Positions 38,985-50,400 of a stretch of DNA of 64,000 nucleotides are shown one piece after another. Source of the DNA: Antedon mediterranea (Eukaryota > Animalia > Echinodermata); the NCBI RefSeq assembly GCF_964355755.1, contig NC_092676.1:17068871-17132870 (forward strand), read 5' to 3'. A program made the position numbers and the translations under genes. Under the pieces are notes generated by a model. It made no database searches, had not been told where the DNA came from, and was given only the letters and a program-made list of their open reading frames with translations. Numbering within the stretch: the stretch's first letter is position 1; every line of letters begins with the position of its first letter.

Positions 38985-39749
38985 TTTCATGCTATTGTTC
39001 AAACTCGATTGAACAATACCACTCTCGTCATGGTATGGCGGAACAATTTGAAACGAACCTTATGTCCTATTAAAGAAAATGATAGATGTTCTTGTCCTGA
39101 GTATCAATCTTATTTTTGTATTTCTTCAGTTTTGCTTTCCAAATTGTCAATTACTGTATACTGTATGACCAAAAAAAAGATTAAAAAAATCTGTGGGTAA
39201 TTTTTCGACTAAAACATCATCAAAATGGGATGCTCTGAGGTAGTTAAATGTGCAAATTTCCAAAACAGTTGATGGACATACCTGTTATTTCTTATTTTCT
39301 GGCATCAAAAACTGGTCATTGTATGCTACTGTAATGGTCGAAAAGTCATCAAGAAATGAGCCAATGTCTTTTAAATAAAGGGTAAAAAACCCTTATGTTA
39401 CAAGACGTATGTTGAACTAGCCTGTAAATTCTAAACATTCAATCAATTATTTTGTGTGTAATTTTACATTATGTGAAAACTGCTATACTGTAGGCTACAT
39501 ACAGTGTATAATGTTATTGAATATTTAGATTAGAAGAACTCAACAGTCAGTATAAACTGACAACCGGAAATTATTGAAAACAGTTTTTTTTCTGATGTAT
39601 ACATACTGTACATATTAACTGATCTGCTACTAAACATAATTTGTATTAAGACACATAGATAGACATTAATAATTACTTGCATTTAAACATATACCTTTAC
39701 AATACATATTTACTGTATACTGTATATACATTTTTTAGGAATGCATACA

Positions 39750-42700
39750 TTTCTTTCTTTCTTTCATTTATTTGGCATCTCAATAAATAACATTAAAAAT
39801 ACATCAATAATATATAAAATCACCTTAAATATTAATATACATGTACATCAAAAAAGCAAATAAAAATGGCGGGATTAATGAAGTCTGACGATGCACGGGA
39901 AAACACATAAAGTCGTTTAAAGTAAAACAACTTAATTCCAATGTGGTCCCTAAAAAGATAGTAATTATAATTTTAACAAAATAAACATTATAAGACGGGG
40001 TTCATAAATATATAAGCATATAAGCAAAACATCTGATATAATGGCACAATAATAATTTATCTATGTTTAATTTTGTAATATTGTTTCAATTCAGTTTTAA
40101 ATTTAGATGTGTTGGAAATTTGTTTAATATAGTCAGGAAGGTTATTCCATTCTCTGATTGCATTAAAATAGAACGTATTACATTCTATGCCTTGGACTTT
40201 AGGTACAACAAAATTGAGTTTACTACCACGAGTGAAGTGACCATGTAAGTTATTAACTCTACGAAAGTTTTCGTTTAGGTATGAAGCACTTCTGCCCATA
40301 AATATTTTATGAACTTGGCTAATTTGCAAGAACTTTACTCGATATTTTACATTTAACAATCCATAATCGTCTAATTGATCAGCACCTATATGTCTTCTGG
40401 GTTCAACTCCTTTTATGAGTCTAACCATTTTGTTTTGAGCAATTTGTAGTTTTCTTTGGATAGCTTTACTGGTTCCACAGAACCAAGAAGATGCAGCATA
40501 ATCAAAAACACATTGGATGAGAGCAGAGCATAATAGTTTACGATTCTTACAACTTAGTATCTTACGTTGGCGGTACATAAACTTAAGCCTATTATTAATT
40601 TTCTTAATGGTTTTACATGCATATTCAGAACACGTTAAATTTTGATCTATTTCAATACCCAGATACTTGACACAATTACTAGTGTTGATATTGTTACCAT
40701 TTGTTGAGACATTAAAATTGTTAACATTTTTAGTTTTTCTCTTAGAACCAAATAGTATACACTCAGTTTTATCCAGGTTAATTGTTAACTTATTGTCTAC
40801 AAGCCAATCACACAAGGAGTCTAGTGTTGACCCTAGCTTCTTAGAAATAATATCTGGATTTCTGTGTGAATAAACAATTGCACTGTCATCAGCGTATAGA
40901 AGGAGTTTACAATCAGGATCAATACAAGTTACCATGTCATTAACAAAACATAAGAACAAAAGGGGTCCAAGGATACTTCCTTGAGGAACCCCGCATGTAA
41001 CAGTACAAGATTGAGAGCAATGATCATCAACAGTTACTATTTGCTTTCTTATTGATAAGTAAGATTTGAACCATTCAATAGATCCAATACCCATTAATTT
41101 AAGCTTATTACATAAAATGTCATGATCTACAGTGTCAAATGCCTTCTTTAAATCGACCAACACCATACCCGAGAAATTTCCCTTAGAAGTTTGGGTTTTA
41201 AGGGAATCAACTAAGTCTATCAAACATGTGTCAGTAGAGAAGGCAGCTCGAAATCCAGATTGATATTTATACAATACGTTGTTTTCAGTAAGGTATTTTT
41301 CGATTTGAATAAAAACAGCCTTCTCTAAAATTTTAGACATTGTACTGAGTATACTTATAGGGCGATAGTTTCCAATATCGGTTCTACTACCTTTTTTATA
41401 AAGAGGTATGACCTTGGCCTTTTTCATGTCTTCTGGGACTGTACTGGTACTAATTGATAAATTAATTATGTAGGTAATGGGAACTTTTAGAATTTCAGCC
41501 CCATCTTTTATGAAGCGGGGAGGTATCTTATCGACACCCGTGCTTTTTGTCGCATTAAGTTTGTTTAATTCACTATATATAAAGTCTTCGTCCACTGAGT
41601 TGAGCATAAAGTTATTGCCACTAACGGTTCTATAGAAATCCTTAAGTTTGGACGACGTACAGTCATACACATTCTTAGGGGATGGAAGTTTACTGACCAA
41701 ATTGGCTGCAATAGTAGTAAAATATTCGTTGAAGCAAGAAGCAATTTTGGCTGGGTCGAAACATTTAGTACCATTGGGCAGGTCAATAACCGTTTTAGCA
41801 CTATCCTTAGATGTATTACTATAGCCTAGACCTTTAAACATTTTCCATAATTTTTTAGGGTTATTTTTATTTTCTTCAGCCTTGTTTAACAAATGATTTG
41901 ATTTAGCTTTATTTATATCACGCTGTATTTTATTTCTTAGTTTGCGAAATTGTATTAATAAGTCGGTATTATTCTTGTTTTTATTATACATATTTAATAA
42001 TTTATCTCTGGTTTCAATGTCTTGTAATATTTCTCTAGTTAACCATGGTTCCGTTCTTTGTTTCATCCTAATGTTTTTAAGGGGGGCAATGGAATCAATA
42101 GCAGCCAAAAGTAATGCATTAAATTTATACAGAGCTTCATTTACATCTCCGATAGAGGTAACTACTGACCAATCGATATCTATTAGTATGTTTCTAAATT
42201 GATCAACGGTATAGTTTTTTAGTGATCTGATATATACATTTTTATGTCCATTGAACTTAAGTTTAATAGTTTTCCGTGTACAAAATGTCATTAAGTGATC
42301 GCTTAGACCTGTTGCGATTGTACCCGATTGGCTTATCTTATTCTCATTATTACATAATATATGATCGAGGCATGAAGCAACTGTAGGGCATATCCTAGTT
42401 GGTTCAGTTACTTTGTTACTTAAACTAAACATACTTAGAATTTGATTATAGCTATTCAATAAAGATGACTTTGTTAAAGTACATATATTAAAATCGCCAA
42501 CAACAATTAATTCACTGTCCATTCCAATTTTAGATAACATATTTTCAAACAGAGTTAGAAAGTTCGTTTGCTTTGGTGGTCTGTAACATGTTCCAATTAT
42601 AATGGGTTTGGTTTTAGGCAGGATCAGTTCAATCCAAAGTACTTCAGCTTCGTCGGATTCAATATCTGAACGCCGGTTAAACGCGATGTCATCCCTTATA

Positions 42701-44150
42701 TACGTACATACGCCACCGCCTTTGCGGTCGCGATCTCTTCGTAGAACTGAGTAACCTTCAATTTTAATTTCGTTGTCAGATACCGAATCATCAATCCATG
42801 TTTCGCTAATGGAGATAATGCCAGCTTTACTTTTATATGCAATATCGCGCAGTTCCAGTAGTTTGGGGATCATTGATCTTGTATTTAAGTGTAGAATGTG
42901 TATTCCTTTCTGTTTAAACCGCATGAAGTCTTCAGGAGCGACGTTATAATTAAATAATGGGGGTGGCGTTCTTAATCCTATGTCATCGTTATGATTTCCA
43001 CAGGAATCAAATGGGAGATGTTTCCAGCTGCATTCCACGCATACATAATCAAATTCAGTATTGTTGTTTACAATGTACTTGTATCTTTTGGGCGTCATGA
43101 AACCATCAGTACACTTTATATGAGTCCACTTATTACACTCATCACACGATATGGCTCTGCTTCTGGTAGTGACGCGCCGTTGACATTTACCACAACAATT
43201 GTTTGATACAGGTACATTCGCTGGTCCAGGATTGGATTCGATGTCACCACACCATAGTAAGCAGATAATTAAAGTTCTACATGCAAGCTGTCTGGGGTTC
43301 CGATGAAGATTATAATCATAATGCGAGAATTTTTTGGTTGATGTAAATAGGTACGTATAACACTCACCGACTACATTCTGGAAATCTTTCGATGTATGGT
43401 TATCCAGATAAATTGAAGAAGGGCATAACTTATGAATGACTTGTTCATGTTCAAGATGATGGTGTGATCTTTTCAACACCATAACATATAGCGACAGCGC
43501 CAGAAAAATACCATTCATACTTCCCGCCATATGATGTATCCTTATACACAAATAGAAAGGAAAAGTACACTCACCAATTGTGCTTGCCGAAAACAAAGGC
43601 CAGCACGTCCTTGCTCTGCAGCGGAATGTATCGAGTTATGCGGTAACAAAATGACAATGTGTCCAGGTGGTCATGGAATGCAAGTGAATTCGCTTCGTCA
43701 CTTGGTTGTTAAAAGTCAATAGCTAGATTCTTAGTTAGTACCCTTATCCAATGTTCAGCAGGGTTACCAAAACGAAAAACATCACAGATAGGCCTACACA
43801 ATCAATCGAAATACAGTTACAGAGTCCAAACTTTCACTGTAAAACTACCGGTATAATACAAACAATCAAAACTAAAAAAATAGCAGGTTAAGATTCGGTA
43901 AAACAGCAGGTTAAAATTCATAAAAACAGCAGGTTAAAATGCAATAAAAGTTGTTCAGGTATAGCATAAAATAGCGTTAAAATTGTGATAGCGAATTAAT
44001 TCCAGTCATAACTCAGGCCGGTTGCAATAGGTCATCGGCATCTACTGTAGTCCCCTTTTACAATCAATGGTGTAGGCGAGAATATTTGAGTTGAAAGCAA
44101 CTATCGGGGCCTAGCGGAGCTCGCTCTTAACACGACCGTTCTGGACGAAG
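39750..44150 (-). mobile_element. Apparently full-length single-ORF non-LTR retrotransposon, CR1/L2 group (Crack/Daphne-like)
   Basis: Intact long ORF; 3'UTR ending in AATAAA followed by (GAAA)n; possible imperfect TSD taggaat(gca)tacattt at about 39736 and 44151. Confidence 0.88.
40057..43596 (-). CDS. LINE polyprotein: 2A-like motif, PHD finger, AP endonuclease, reverse transcriptase
   Basis: 1179-aa ORF: GDIESNPGP; C4HC3 (CGKC..CDEC..HIKC..CVEC); APE motifs HLNTRS, SETW, YRPP, GDFN, LDHI, SDH; RT motifs NYRPISIL, QSGFR, DLKKAFDTVDH, GVPQGSILGP, YADD, KYLG. Confidence 0.97.
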   Translation of the reverse strand: MFSASTIGECTFPFYLCIRIHHMAGSMNGIFLALSLYVMVLKRSHHHLEHEQVIHKLCPSSIYLDNHTSKDFQNVVGECYTYLFTSTKKFSHYDYNLHRNPRQLACRTLIICLLWCGDIESNPGPANVPVSNNCCGKCQRRVTTRSRAISCDECNKWTHIKCTDGFMTPKRYKYIVNNNTEFDYVCVECSWKHLPFDSCGNHNDDIGLRTPPPLFNYNVAPEDFMRFKQKGIHILHLNTRSMIPKLLELRDIAYKSKAGIISISETWIDDSVSDNEIKIEGYSVLRRDRDRKGGGVCTYIRDDIAFNRRSDIESDEAEVLWIELILPKTKPIIIGTCYRPPKQTNFLTLFENMLSKIGMDSELIVVGDFNICTLTKSSLLNSYNQILSMFSLSNKVTEPTRICPTVASCLDHILCNNENKISQSGTIATGLSDHLMTFCTRKTIKLKFNGHKNVYIRSLKNYTVDQFRNILIDIDWSVVTSIGDVNEALYKFNALLLAAIDSIAPLKNIRMKQRTEPWLTREILQDIETRDKLLNMYNKNKNNTDLLIQFRKLRNKIQRDINKAKSNHLLNKAEENKNNPKKLWKMFKGLGYSNTSKDSAKTVIDLPNGTKCFDPAKIASCFNEYFTTIAANLVSKLPSPKNVYDCTSSKLKDFYRTVSGNNFMLNSVDEDFIYSELNKLNATKSTGVDKIPPRFIKDGAEILKVPITYIINLSISTSTVPEDMKKAKVIPLYKKGSRTDIGNYRPISILSTMSKILEKAVFIQIEKYLTENNVLYKYQSGFRAAFSTDTCLIDLVDSLKTQTSKGNFSGMVLVDLKKAFDTVDHDILCNKLKLMGIGSIEWFKSYLSIRKQIVTVDDHCSQSCTVTCGVPQGSILGPLLFLCFVNDMVTCIDPDCKLLLYADDSAIVYSHRNPDIISKKLGSTLDSLCDWLVDNKLTINLDKTECILFGSKRKTKNVNNFNVSTNGNNINTSNCVKYLGIEIDQNLTCSEYACKTIKKINNRLKFMYRQRKILSCKNRKLLCSALIQCVFDYAASSWFCGTSKAIQRKLQIAQNKMVRLIKGVEPRRHIGADQLDDYGLLNVKYRVKFLQISQVHKIFMGRSASYLNENFRRVNNLHGHFTRGSKLNFVVPKVQGIECNTFYFNAIREWNNLPDYIKQISNTSKFKTELKQYYKIKHR

Positions 44151-44252
44151 TAGGAATTACATTTTGTGTTTCATACTCATCTCATGAGTTTAGCATTACT
44201 AGATAAATAATCATTACAAATTATATTTTCAAAATCTATTTTGTGCTTAGCT

Positions 44253-44494
44253 TACCTGGATAAACCGACAATAGCCTTTCTCCTCGAAGAGCGAGATATA
44301 CCTTGAAAAGTACTCATAAACTACCAACATCACTGTTAGTTTGTGTAATTTAAAGTGAAATTTAAAGTGAAATTGTCATTGTGGTATGTTGAGGCATGGT
44401 GGTTAGGTTATTTTTGTAGAGGGTGCTCAAGGAAAACTTGTTGTAACATAGCATACCATCAGGGAGCACAGGCTATTGTTGGTTTATCCAGGTA
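44253..44494. mobile_element. MITE family B (24-bp TIR)
   Basis: 'tacctggataaaccgacaatagcc' / 'ggctattgttggtttatccaggta'; related ends at about 52320-52383 (-) and 54955-55030 (+). Confidence 0.75.
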
Positions 44495-44975
44495 TTAGGT
44501 GGCACACCACTCATAGACTACCAAAACCACTGTTGGTTAATGTAATTTTTAAACGTCTTTAAAAATAGATAATCATTCTGAAATAATAAGATGATGGTGA
44601 TATGTAGACATTTATTACAAATGTTTAAAGCATTTACATGTACATCTGTTTCATACCGAGTAGACCTATTCATTACATGATGTCTGTTTCAATAAACATT
44701 AACATTTTTAAAAGAGCAAAGTATTTAAAATGTCATATCAATGGCATGTGCAATGAATAGAAAAACAAATTGTGATATCTAGACAATTTATTGGGTAGAA
44801 TTTAACACAAATTATACAAGTTTTTTAATAGTATATGTTTAATTATAAAATGATGTACAGTAATTCAATTCAACATTTTAAATTTTCAGTATCAATAGTA
44901 CTATGATAAAACAATAGAAAACAATACCATTATTAGAGGATCTTGCAAGAATAAATTACTTGTCATGCAAGAGCC

Positions 44976-45415
44976 ATATACGGCCATACTGCGTTGAAAC
45001 ACCGGTTCTCGTCAGATTACCGAAGTTAAGCAATGTTGGGCCCGGTTGCGTTCTGGATGGGAGACTGTCTAGAAATAGCGGCGGGTGCTGTATACTGGAG
45101 AGTGATGGTGTAATGGTAATATCGGACTAGCATGGGTTAGGCATGGGTTCGAGGTTATCTGTACCATACTAATTGCATCCTTAGGCAAGATGCTTTACTC
45201 TCATTGCCTATGCTTTGGATGGGATGTAAAGCCGTTGGTCCCATGTATTTACCAGTGCACGTTAAAGAACTAATAGTACACTATTCGAAAAGAGTAGGGG
45301 ATCGTCTCCCGGTGTGCTGATCTGGTAGGCGCTGCACTGCTGGCTGCCATGGGTCCGTGGAGGGCCTAATCCAAATTTCCTCACTTTCCAGTTAAGCTTG
45401 ATGACAAATATAAAT
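44976..45415 (+). mobile_element. Chimeric 5S rRNA + tRNA + Deu-domain SINE, apparently complete
   Basis: 5S-like head at about 44976-45094 (TACGGCCATAC, box A AGTTAAGC, box C TGGATGGGAGAC). tRNA-like part at about 45097-45167. The body 'gatgggatgtaaagccgttggtcc...gttaaagaac...cactattcgaaaagagtagggg...cccggtgtgctg' resembles the DeuSINE core. Confidence 0.9.
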
Positions 45416-45589
45416 ACCTTTTTGAAAAAAATGTATAATATAAATTTAAAGGTCTAATTCGAATACAATGGTAATAGGCGAATTTTAAGGAACAGTAGTA
45501 GACTAGAATGGACAAGTGCCAGATAGAATTTAACAGAAAACTATAAAAATTGTCAATAATTATGTTACGTATAGAAAAATATGTTTGTG

Positions 45590-46345
45590 ATAACTGGACA
45601 TTTCAGTGTATAAATCATAAAAGAGCAAAGTATTGGAACAGATTTAATTTTAAAAACTATAAAAGACATCGGAAAACAGTGAAACAATAATATAAAAAAA
45701 AATAATAATAATTAAATGGTACTATCACTGTTATATATTATAGCATTTATATTTTGTTTCATAGAAAAAACATAGCAGACATTTTAATGGATAAATCATA
45801 AAAGAGCAAAATATTTGAATAGACTGCATTTAATTTTAAAAACAATCTAAAAGACACTGGACAACAGTAAAACATTAATTTATAAAAACAAAATAATTAA
45901 ATTGTACTTAGTATATCACTGTTATATAAATATTTAACATTATATTGTGGTTCATAGAAAACCCATAGACAGCATATTGTGATATTTGGACATTTTAATG
46001 GATAAATCATAAAAGAGCAAAGTATTTGAACAGACGGCATTACATTTTAAAAATGATGTAAAAGACACTGGACAACAGTAAAACAATAATATAAAAAATT
46101 AAATAATTAAATTTTACTGTCACTGTTCTATATTATAGCGTTTATATTTGTTTCATAGAAAAACCATAGACAGCAGATTGTGATATCTGGACATTTTTAG
46201 TGGATAGAATTTAACATTAATACTGTGTTTAAATGATGTAAAGAACATAATATAGAACAGGTTCATCTGGTGAACAGTGAATAGAATTTAACAATAATAT
46301 AAAGAGAGATGTGAATGTGACATCAGGACATTTAAGTGGATAGAC
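45590..46345. repeat. Degenerate tandem array of about 190-210-bp units
   Basis: 'ggacattttaatggataaatcataaaagagcaaagtattt' and variants recur near 45596, 45778, 45988 and 46189. Confidence 0.8.
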
Positions 46346-47175
46346 ATTAGAGTATAAAGAGGAAAATATTTAAATTGTATCTGCAGTTTACATACCACAA
46401 ATGTGCTGGACATGTATTGAGGGTAAAATAAACGTTCCAAGGCATTTATTCAAAAGATAAATATGAATTACCATATTTATTTTTTGGCTATAATAATGGT
46501 AACATGATGTATAATCAAATACTTTCTAGTAAAAGAATATAGCACAAATAGTAAGTGATATAATTTACTGTAAAAAAATGTTTAAAATTACTTGGTAAAT
46601 TGTAGGTCTTGGAATTCAATTATTTCTATTACAAAGTGAAATATATGATTGTGTATTCAAGTGGAAAATAAATGTTCCAAGGCATTTATTCAACAGGAAA
46701 GATGTTCTATGGAGGAAGGGATCATTTTTTTAAAGCATGATGTTTATTGGAACAAATATGGTATTAAAGAAAATATTTAAATTGTGTTTTTTAAAAATTA
46801 TTGTACTCTTAACAATAAACAGTTGTTTATGACATTAGTGGTTAAAAGTTACAAGTATTCACATGTGTGAATGTCATACTGAGAGTGTCCATTATAACTA
46901 CATGATGCCTAGTGTACATAATGATTAACATCTTGCACAACTGTAAATGCCCGTGAGGTCAAGTGCATAGTCAGTGTTGTACACCTTATCTGAACAAATG
47001 GTAACTGTAATATCATTAATGAAACATGCTTTGAGAACAACGGTTTTTTCCAATTTAAAAATGAATTCCTTTTAAATAAATGACAGGTGTCGATTCAAAA
47101 TATATTTCTGTAGTATTGTATTAGAACCAAGTACATTAATCAAGTATGCTTTTGAACAAATTATTGTTGTTGCCA

Positions 47176-47460
47176 TATCATTGTCATCATCACAGTCATC
47201 ATCATCATCATTACCATCATCACTATTGTCACTATCACCAATATCATGATTTATCATCACTGTCATCATCATCATCACTGTCATCATCATCACCATCACC
47301 ACCATCATCATCCCTTTCATCATCATCAATTGCTATCATCATCATCAATTGCCATCATCATCAATTATCATCATCATCATCATCAATTGCCATCATCATT
47401 ATCATGATCTTCACCATCATGATGATCATCATCACCATCATCAACATTATTGTCATTGTC
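47176..47460. repeat. Imperfect (ATC)n microsatellite
   Basis: Long catcatcat tract. Confidence 0.95.
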
Positions 47461-50400
47461 TTTTAAACATCATAGCATTTCCTCCATAACATTATCATTT
47501 TGCAAGTGTTATCAGTTTCTTCTACACATTTCTAATTAACTTGCTACATGCTCTAACAATTCTGTATTAATTCTGTTTTGCACATTTTTCTTTGTCAATG
47601 GAAGATGGTAACAGATTATGAGTCATCTAACACATTATGATGAGTATTTGAACCATTCAAGTTGTGCTAGATTTAGAGTTGAAGAGGCAATTTATTTGAA
47701 AATCGATGGCTGTGACATGGGTTGTTGTAATATCCACCACCCCCCCCCCCCCCCAAGCAACTACCAACTACACAAATTGGATTATGTAATAGGCCTATAT
47801 AGTTATCACAGTAAACTAAAATATTTATTGTATTATATTTTAAAATAAATGTTTACTTTTTTGTTAAACCAGTTTCAAGTACTGGTTTTTTAACAAAAAA
47901 GTTAACATTTATTTTTGAATATCCATTTGAAACCAAATGAAATTTGTTGAGGATTATAATATATTATATTATTTACATATCATCAGTATACTCTATCAAA
48001 AGCGCGTATCTCCACAAAACATAATTTTACAGGACATTTTTTTGTTTATATTTTGTGCTTGTAAAATGCATCAGATTCCAGTATAATTTGTAAATAAAAA
48101 ATAATAATGAATTAATTTGTGGATTTAAATTCTTCACACTCAAAAATATAGGATTTCTGGGAACAAAACACAACTATGTTCTGTTTTCTGTGACTGTTAC
48201 TCTAAAAATGTTGCGTTTTCACTGTAAACTTGACAACGTATTAGTACAACAAGTCATTTTCAGAAAAAAAAAATGGAAAAGTAAAGGTTTGATAGTTATT
48301 AGTAAAAATATTGTGTCATTGTAAGAGGTGCGGTCTGTCATTTTTTTGAAAACCAAGAAGATTTTAATTTTCTATATACAGTAATAGGCTACTGTAGGAA
48401 GTATAGTAGTTGGTAAATGTGGTAATAGTCTAGCCATCTCAAGGGTAAACCCATGGGGGGCTGTTGAGGATGGCTGAGGTGTTAACAACCTGGTTAACAG
48501 CTGATCCTACAGGATTTTCATTACAAGGGCACAATAGATACAACAAAACTGAAAGTGGATTTAATTGAAAAGAGCTGTAAAAGTCATTAACTCTTTAACA
48601 TTCAAGAGGTTAACAGTTAAGTCAATGCAATGTCGCAATGACATGTTCAATGCATAAAGCATTGCATGCATTTACTTTACTTGAAATATATTGCAATTAT
48701 GCAACGTTTACATTAATAGTTATTTTACTTCTACTCTACTACTGGTTTGAAAATGAAAATATTTTTTAAAAGAATATGTAATTGGTTATCTGCACTAGTT
48801 GGATTGTGGTTGTTCTAAAACTAATTTTTGTTTAGTTTTTCTTTTTTTACCTTATTTTAAAATAGTGTATACATGGACATAGTTGTATTAATAAGAAGAT
48901 GATTTTTTTTATAAAATGAATACAAAAAATGTATGATCCAAGAAAATAGTACTTGTAGTCGCATAAGGAAATGTATTTCACTGTTTTTATTCTTTTATTT
49001 GCTTTTTTTTTGTCTTGTCTTTTAGAAATCTGTTGTGCTGTATAAATCCATGTAATTACTGTATAAAGTGATATCCAATATACATTTTACAGATGGTCTT
49101 AACAAAAATTGCATAACTTTGCTAATGCAAAAGTACTTTATGAAGGCTGTTTGTATTTGGTTTCCATTTGCTAGGCCCCTTTGATATTAACTATCATTAT
49201 TAGCAGACAATCACTACCTGTATCATCATCAAAACTTGTTTTTAAAGTAAAAAAGGCAATTGGACTACAATATCTATCAACAATTTAGTAATAATAGTAT
49301 ATAGTTACTCACTTTTGCAATAATATTAGGAAAGTACAGCAAAAGCTATTCTTATAATTTGTTTTTAACTCATTATCTATTTGTAATATTTTAGCACTTA
49401 ATGGTAATGTCAAAGTTTTTCTCTTTGATCATTCTGACATGTTTTAATAGGTACATTAAAGTTGTCAGGTATAACTAGTGTTAATATGTTACTCTGAGTT
49501 ATATCTATAGCTTAACAGCATTTAACCTGGGTGGCCAAGAGAGGATAATAAATTAATGTCATTTTATTAGGCTCAGGGATTTAAAACAATGTCAAAATTA
49601 CTTTCAAATCCCATTTATAATAGCATTTGAACATAAAGCACGGTGCAGTACTTTGAGATATTAATTGCAAAATATAGATTTTGATTATTGATTGAAACAC
49701 AGTGTACTACAGTAGCCATTTGTAAATTAGTGTCTAGAGAACATTGTGCACTATCTTGGTCTTTTAGCGAGTTTAAGAACAAATTTAGGCTGAATTAATT
49801 TTGAAATGATTATTCTAAACTATGAATTCATTAATATTTTGAGCAGGAAAAAAAAGTACATTTTAACTTGTTTCTTTGTGTACTTGGTATGCGCAAGAAC
49901 CGAAATGCTTTTTCTGAAGGTGGTGGAAATAATTTGCATAGGGCAGAAGACATGGATTCCAATTCAGTTCGAACTTAAAGACAATATGCAATAAGCAAAG
50001 GAAAAAAAAAAGCTAATATAAAAAAATTTATATAAAATGTTATAAAGTATGATAATTTGCCTTTTATTGTTAATTTCCATTTTAGAAAACATGAAAGTAT
50101 ATACTAGCCATGATGGCTATTTTTGCTATTATCTTTTTATATGAGTGATGAATATCCAAAATTGATATTAAATATAATTAATAAATAATTGTTGAACATT
50201 AACTCATAACATCACAGGATTCTTCTGATGAAGACACATAAAACGTGTTGAAAATTCAAGGTATGTTGAATTTGTGCTATAAATAAGCTCATTTAAAAAC
50301 ACTTTATATTTTGATACCAGTATGTATGAACTTTTATCAAATGATTAATTGTAGTTATAGGAAATAATTTAAACAGTTTAACTGGTTGTATAATCGATGA

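Noticed and set aside
40063-43722. Short + strand and alternate-frame ORFs overlapping the LINE
   Set aside because: Antisense or shadow ORFs of the long LINE ORF with no recognisable motifs.
44976-45094. Genuine 5S rRNA gene (also 5064-5183)
   Set aside because: Dispersed, diverged from canonical 5S, no T-run terminator, and fused to tRNA-like and SINE body sequence in both copies.
47072-47466. Poly-Met/Asp and poly-His/Ser ORFs
   Set aside because: Translations of the (ATC)n microsatellite.
47841-47916. AT-rich imperfect hairpin
   Set aside because: Short and low-complexity; probably a MITE remnant with no evidence of function.
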